Assembly: GCF_009914755.1 (NCBI RefSeq)
Contig: NC_060925.1
DNA from: the human T2T-CHM13v2.0 reference genome, Homo sapiens
Strand: one strand, 5' to 3'
Length of the DNA stretch: 64,000 nt
Positions 47,337 through 64,000 of the stretch are shown one piece after another. The notes under the pieces were generated by a model. It had not been told where the DNA came from. It made no database searches and saw only the letters and a list, made by a program, of their open reading frames with translations. Positions within the stretch are counted from its first letter, which is position 1; each line of letters begins with the position of its first letter. The position numbers were made by a program, and so were the translations under genes.

Positions 47337-47440
47337 AGATGCTCGTCCACTTGTCGAGGAGAATGCTGAATTCTTACCACTTTTGCACCACTGTAAAGTC
47401 ACAAAGTCATAAGTCGAACCACCATAAACTGGGGATTATC
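47337..47440 (+). mobile_element. Very short Tigger4/MER46-like remnant
   Basis: Resembles both Tigger4a termini (AGATGCTCGTCCACTT... and TTTTGCACCACTGTAAAGTC...AAGTCGAACCA...GGGGA). Confidence 0.45.
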
Positions 47441-48232
47441 CGCAGTCCCCCCTTATCTGTGGGCGATATGTTCCAAGACCCTCAGGGGATGACTGAAATA
47501 GTACTGAACGCTATATATACAGTACTATGCTTTTTTCTATACATACATACCTATGATTACATTTAATTTATAAATTAGGCACGATGAGATTAAACAACTA
47601 ATAATAAAATGGAACAATTATAGCAATATGATGTAATACAGTTATCAGGCACTGTGCTCATAACTTTTGCAGTTTCATGTGTGGCAGCAAAACTAGCAGG
47701 TATTTCTTTTTCCTTCTTCATAATTTCACAGATAGAAGATTCGTTCTTACTACAGATCTTAGCGACCTCAGCACACTTTATTTTTTCTTTCCTTATTATA
47801 ACTTTTACCTTTTTCATTTAAAGAAAGAACTTTATGGCTTCTCTTTGCCATATCCAAATTGCTAGCATGACTACTCTTGCACTTTGGGGCCATTATTAAG
47901 TCAAATAAGGGTGACTTGAACACAAGCATTGCAATATCACGGCAGTCGATCCGATAACGAACAGGGCACTTACTTAGTAAGTGACTAACGAACAGGGAGT
48001 GTATACAGCGTGGAGGCACTAGACAAAGGGACGATTCAGGTTCCCCAGGTGGACAGAGCGGGACAGCACAAGACTTCATCACGCTACTCAGGACAGCATG
48101 CAATTTAAAATTTACAGATGGTTTATTTCTGAAAATTTCCATTTAATATTTTTGGACAGTGGTTGACTGCATGTAACTGAAACCACAGAAAGCAAAACCG
48201 AGTCAGGGGCAGGGGAGGGGGGCGGCTACAGT
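47441..48232 (-). mobile_element. MER44/Tigger7-type DNA transposon remnant
   Basis: Terminal CAGTCCCCCCTTATC motif; minus-strand relic of a pogo/CENP-B HTH N-terminus (MAKRSHKVLSLNEK / AEVAKICSKNESSICEIMKKEKEI), frameshifted. Confidence 0.8.
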
Positions 48233-49059
48233 AATAGCCTTTCCCTGTGGACCAGATGTTATACCAAACACTTTCATGTGTTATTTCACATTACTGTCAT
48301 AGCACTCCACAACATAGGTACTGTTATGATTCCCATTTTATGTAAGACAAATCTGAGGCCTAGAAAAATAAATAAATAAAAAGAAAAAAGAAAAAAATCT
48401 GAGACCTAGAGAGGTTAAGCAATTTGCCTAGCAGGCCAAACCTAATATTTGCAGGACAGGAGCAAGAATACAGCTGAATGCATACTTAAAAAGTTATAAA
48501 TGACCCTAATGAACTATTAAATAAAAGACAATCTATTCTGCTATGTCAATAAATAAACCTTCACAATGACCTGGAAGACCACATTCACATTTTTGGGCCT
48601 CTCAGAGTTCTGTACTAGAAGGTGGTGAGAGGCAGAGAACAGGACCCTAGCCCTGCCCCATTCTCTCCATATCTCTAAATCTGTGTGCCTGGAAGGGTCT
48701 TGTGTCCACGCATGCAGAGGTCCTAACCTGTGTGCTCACACTTTGTTCTAGGGGTTCTAAATTGAAAAGGTCCCTCAGGTATCCAGCACAATGAATGACA
48801 AAAGAGACCAAAGCACAACAAAAATCATCACATTCTAGAATACCAAGAGAAGATCTTAAAAGCTTCCAGAAAACGGGGTGGGGTGGGGGGAAAACCCATA
48901 AAAAGAATCAGGATTCAGAACAGCATTGTATTTATCAAAGCCAGAAGAAAACCAGAGCAATTTCTTCACAATTATGAAAGAATTCTATCCACAGCCAAAC
49001 TACTAATTAAGTACAGTAGAATAAAGCCATTTTCAGTGCCACTTAACATGTATGGCAGC

Positions 49060-49914
49060 ATGGTAGCCAGCCACTAAGGTGGCCTCTAATGATTTCTACC
49101 TCCTGGTATCTGCACTCTTATGAAGTTCCCGCACACACTGAATATGGCTGACCTGTGAAACCATGGGATGTTGCAAAATTGACAATATGGGACTTCTGTG
49201 GCTAGGTCATAAAAGACATTGGTGGTTTCTACCTTGCCCTTAGATCACTTGTTCTGCTGAAAACCAGCTGCTGTATCATGAGGACACTCAAACAGTACTA
49301 TTGAGAGGTCCATGTGTTAAGGAACTGGGGCCTCCTGCCAAGAGCCTGCACAAACTTGCCAGCCGGGGCTTCTCCAGCCCTGGCCAAGCCTTCATATGAT
49401 TTCAGGCTCATGAGAGACCCCAAGCCAGAACCACCCAGCTAGGACGCTCTCAAATTCCTAACTCACAGAAACTGTGAGATGATAAATGTTAATTGTTGTT
49501 TTGAGGAGAGAGGCCATTTCTCTTACTGTCTCTGAAGAGAAGGAAGAAGTAAAAGCTGAAAAACAACAGGAATGAAGTCAGTGGCAAGACCAACTGATGC
49601 CACTTACCAGGCCTGAGGTTAAAGATTAACGCCCCCACCCTAACCACATGTGTTACCTATAGATCACTTGCTCAATCTATCACAACCCTTTCACGTGGAC
49701 CCCCTTAGAGTTATAAGCCCTTAAAAGGGCCAGGAACTTTTTCTTTGGAGAGCTTGGTTCTTGAGACACAACTCTGCCAACGCTCCTGGCCGAATAAAGT
49801 CTCTTCCTTCTTTAACCTGGTGTCTGACAGGTTTTATCTGCAGCTTGTCCTGCTACAGTTTTAAGCCATTAAGTTTGGGAATAATTTGTTACACAACAAA
49901 AGACAACTAATACA
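49060..49914 (+). mobile_element. MLT1F-like MaLR LTR, split by the ERV1 LTR
   Basis: GGCTAGGTCATAAAAGACA...GAGAGACCCCAAGCCAGAACCACCCAGCT...CACAGAAACTGTGAGAT...AATAC A end resumes after the insertion. Confidence 0.75.
49502..49857 (+). mobile_element. ERV1 solo LTR (LTR2/HERV-E-like group; exact subfamily uncertain)
   Basis: TG...CA ends, 4-bp TSD GTTT, CCCTTAAAAGGG TATA region, AATAAA at ~49793, and 3' end CTTGTCCTGCTACA typical of this LTR group. Confidence 0.85.
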
Positions 49915-49984
49915 GACCTACTGGGAGGGGAGGAGCCACAGTATTTTGCAGTTCTTCCAATCAGGAGGTGAAGTCTACAGTCTA

Positions 49985-50652
<668 letters not shown>

Positions 50653-50842
50653 GCATATTTACTTTGTGTGCACCTCCCGCCTCAACCTCCCCACCCTAAC
50701 CAGGAAACTACTGATGTGTTACAAGAACACTACAGGATGTGTTCAAAGCCTGGTTACCTCCTAACTTTACCTAGTCTCAGACAAGTTAGTTTGCCTCTTT
50801 CAGCCTCAGTTTTCCTCATCTTCAAATTGGAGATAACAGTAG

Positions 50843-51185
<343 letters not shown>

Positions 51186-51413
51186 TGAGATGAACTACAT
51201 AATGTGCTTAGCACACAGTGCTCAAATAAATCATTAATGAAGGCAACAGGAAAAAGCCAAAATGAGTAGATCTCCGGGGTAAGGCCTGAGTTGGTTCTTC
51301 AAAAGGACACTCTTACCAAAGAAAGGCTACCAAGTATATCAGTCAAGTAAACATTTACTGTTTGCCACATTCCAGGTCCCTTACCTGAAACTGTGACCTA
51401 AAAGCAGGAATAA

Positions 51414-51762
<349 letters not shown>

Positions 51763-52383
51763 TGAGATTACAGGCATGAGGCACTGCATGTGGCCCAGAA
51801 AATATTTCTGAATGGAACTTGAAAAAATGGATATTTTGGTCTATACTTCACCAGCCCCACTGAGCACTCCAGAGCCAGATGTGAAGGGAAGAGGGTAGCC
51901 AGGGTATCCCATAACTCTCTTTCTGTATCCTGTCTTTTCCCCACCAGGGAGTAGGAAAACATTCTATCCTGAAAACAAGATTATTTCACCTCTAAACAGT
52001 GACTTTTAATTATTTTGATCTCAACCCACAATATGAAAAACACATCATATTGTGTCTGAATACAAACTCAAAACTGAAACAAAAGTTTCATCAATTGAGA
52101 CTTGAAATGTGTGATACATTCTGGGTTTTTTTTTTTTTGTATTCTATTTTTTTTTTAAATGTTGATCACAATTCTCTATAAACGGATTTTAAAACCTATT
52201 GACAGGCCACAACCAGCTGTTCGAAAAAAAGTACTTTGAAATATCACATGGGGGAGGAAACGCAGAGATCATCTAGTCCAATCCCTTCACTTCACAGGGG
52301 GTAAACTGAGTCTCAGAAGATCAAGTCACTTGCCCAAGGCCACGCAGCTAGTAAGTTGCTGTGGTTGGATTTGACCGTAATAA

Positions 52384-52709
<326 letters not shown>

Positions 52710-53484
52710 TGAGCCACCGCGCCCGGCCTGCTGAGTTCTTTAATTGCATTATTTCATTTAATACTCACTGTGATCCTATGAAACAGATACTATTCTTTCC
52801 ACCTTACAGACGGGGAAACGGAGTCTCAGAATAGGGGAAATGACTTAAGGTGTCACAATGGCCAGTAGCAGACCCAGGAGTAGTCTTTAGGTCTGGCCGT
52901 GCACAAAGCCCCATGCTCTCAAGCTGTAACCCCGCTATCAAGAAAGTGGTTATGCAAGTGGGCCTGTGAGCTCTCAACGTCTAAGCCGTGCGCATGTGAG
53001 ACAGCGATAAGCTCGCGTTCTCCAGTCTCCAGGGCCTTATCATTCCTCACGCTTTCCTTCATCGGCTCGCAAAGAAACGTGGCGATCAAGGAAGACAGCG
53101 AAGGCTCCATCCTCGTCGGGGGAGGATAATTCGAATCTCAGCCTGTGAGTTTACTCAGCACACCTGTTTAATCTCTTGGTCCTTCAGTTTCCACACCTAG
53201 GAAGCTGGAACAGCAGCAGCATCCAGCGCCAGGACTGGAGTCATATACGAACTCTGGCACCTGGGAGGCGCGCGTCCTACGTCAGTTCCGCTCGACCCCA
53301 CCCTCCCCCCCCCCCCCCCCGCCTTCTCCCCACGCGCATGCGCCGCGCAGCGGCGCTTTTTACGACGCGGCAGGCGCGGCGCGCTTAGTTGCCGGAGCTG
53401 AACGGCGCGGAGCTGGTCTGAGGCGAGCCGAGCCGAGCGAGCGCGGCGGTGGGGCCGAGAGGACGCGCAGGTGGCGGCGTTGCC

Positions 53485-62352
<8,868 letters not shown>

Positions 62353-63186
62353 GGGCTGGCCAAGGCTCCCATAGAGGCGCTGTGTCAGTGAAGATGTACG
62401 ACTACCTGTTGGGAAGGACAAAGGGATGAGGCTCCAGAGAGAGTTGGCTGCCACAGCCTCTGCCAAGCTTTGTCTTTGGGGCTTGCTGCAGAAACCTGGC
62501 CTACGGAAGATACGACACCACTGGGAGGGTTGTGTAGGTGCCAGGGGACCATCGTGGTTCTCTAGGGCGCTGTGGAAATTGGGTCTTGGGCTGGGTGGCA
62601 TCTGGCAGTCATGGATAACACTTGCTTTTCCAGTTAATGTGGCCATGTGATTCCAAGTGTCATGTTGCTTTGTGGCAAGATTGTTGTGTGACTTGTTTTT
62701 TTGTTTTTGTTTTTGTTTTTTTAAAGGAAACTATTTGTGGGCTATAGGAAACTTTCTGATGCCTCCGGATTGTGTTAGTAGTAGCCATCAGGAGGGTCTC
62801 CAACTAAAACACTTGTTCCTGCTTGCTCCTTTCCCCTCTCATTGTTCAGCATTCTTGTCAAGTTGCCCAGCTTGGAGTTGTCTGTCACGCACATGTGTCC
62901 TGTGGTTATAGCTAGAAGGACAGGAGTCTCCTGCTGATGCGTGATAGCTTAAGCTTGGGGAGAAGGTCTTTTCCACTGCCTAGCTAAGCAGTCTGGGGAG
63001 AGCATGGGGATCATTTCTATGTGTGTGGGTAATCTGGTCAGTAAGATTGAGACTTAGTTAAGATTCCCCTTGGAAATTCCTTAATGTTTATTAGCTTCTA
63101 ACTAGTGTTGTAAGTCCGATGCCAGAATTTGGAGATTTGAGTTCTTCTTTTCATGGCTTTTATTCACTGTGACTAATAAGCTTCCT

Positions 63187-63192
63187 AATAAA
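63187..63192 (+). terminator. PITHD1: PITHD1 poly(A) signal (3'UTR about 62353-63210)
   Basis: AATAAA followed by the GT/T-rich tgtttgtattttcttttg. Confidence 0.8.
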
Positions 63193-63314
63193 TCCTTGCC
63201 AGACTTAATGTTTGTATTTTCTTTTGAGTTCTTGATAGCCACTGATGCAACTTTCATTTCATGGGGAACTGTACTGAACTTTGAAATTTTTTGTTGTTGT
63301 TTTGGACTAGGTAG

Positions 63315-63906
<592 letters not shown>

Positions 63907-64000
63907 TCAAAACAACAACAACAAAACCCTATATTTCATTTTGCACAAAAGGAAGTGATTTGTAGAATGACATTTACAAAAATAAGGGAGAACAGATTTT

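Noticed and set aside
47590-48142. Transposase-like peptide as a possible domesticated TIGD-type gene
   Set aside because: Only a frameshifted N-terminal HTH relic within a non-autonomous MER44 element; no DDE domain

Overview
Human (primate) genomic DNA, very Alu-dense (roughly 80 Alu copies or fragments by eye), with two complete + strand protein-coding genes, each starting in a CpG island. ELOA (TCEB3, Elongin A) has 11 coding exons at 18393/18471-34544. The spliced CDS is 2319 nt = 772 aa, or 798 aa from the upstream in-frame ATG, and the 3'UTR runs to about 37035. PITHD1 has 6 coding exons at 53485-62352, 636 nt = 211 aa. All introns are GT-AG and the exon phases join cleanly. This gene order matches 1p36.11 from prior knowledge, where an antisense lncRNA (ELOA-AS1) runs from the PITHD1 promoter back toward ELOA. 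The window also holds a processed 7SL pseudogene, an ERV1 solo LTR nested in an MLT1 LTR, MER44/Tigger, MER20, L1/L2/MIR fragments and microsatellites. I see no evidence of a wholly new gene system. The most interesting unexplained signals are inferences: (i) Alu-bracketed back-splicing units, where an ELOA exon 4-5 circle would run the Elongin A frame straight into a 158-codon alternative ORF (a 564-aa product); (ii) the same architecture for PITHD1 exons 4-5; (iii) ELOA alternative polyadenylation that would toggle miR-17 and Pumilio sites; (iv) a CTCF-like site within candidate antisense exons; (v) several retrotransposition and repair scars.
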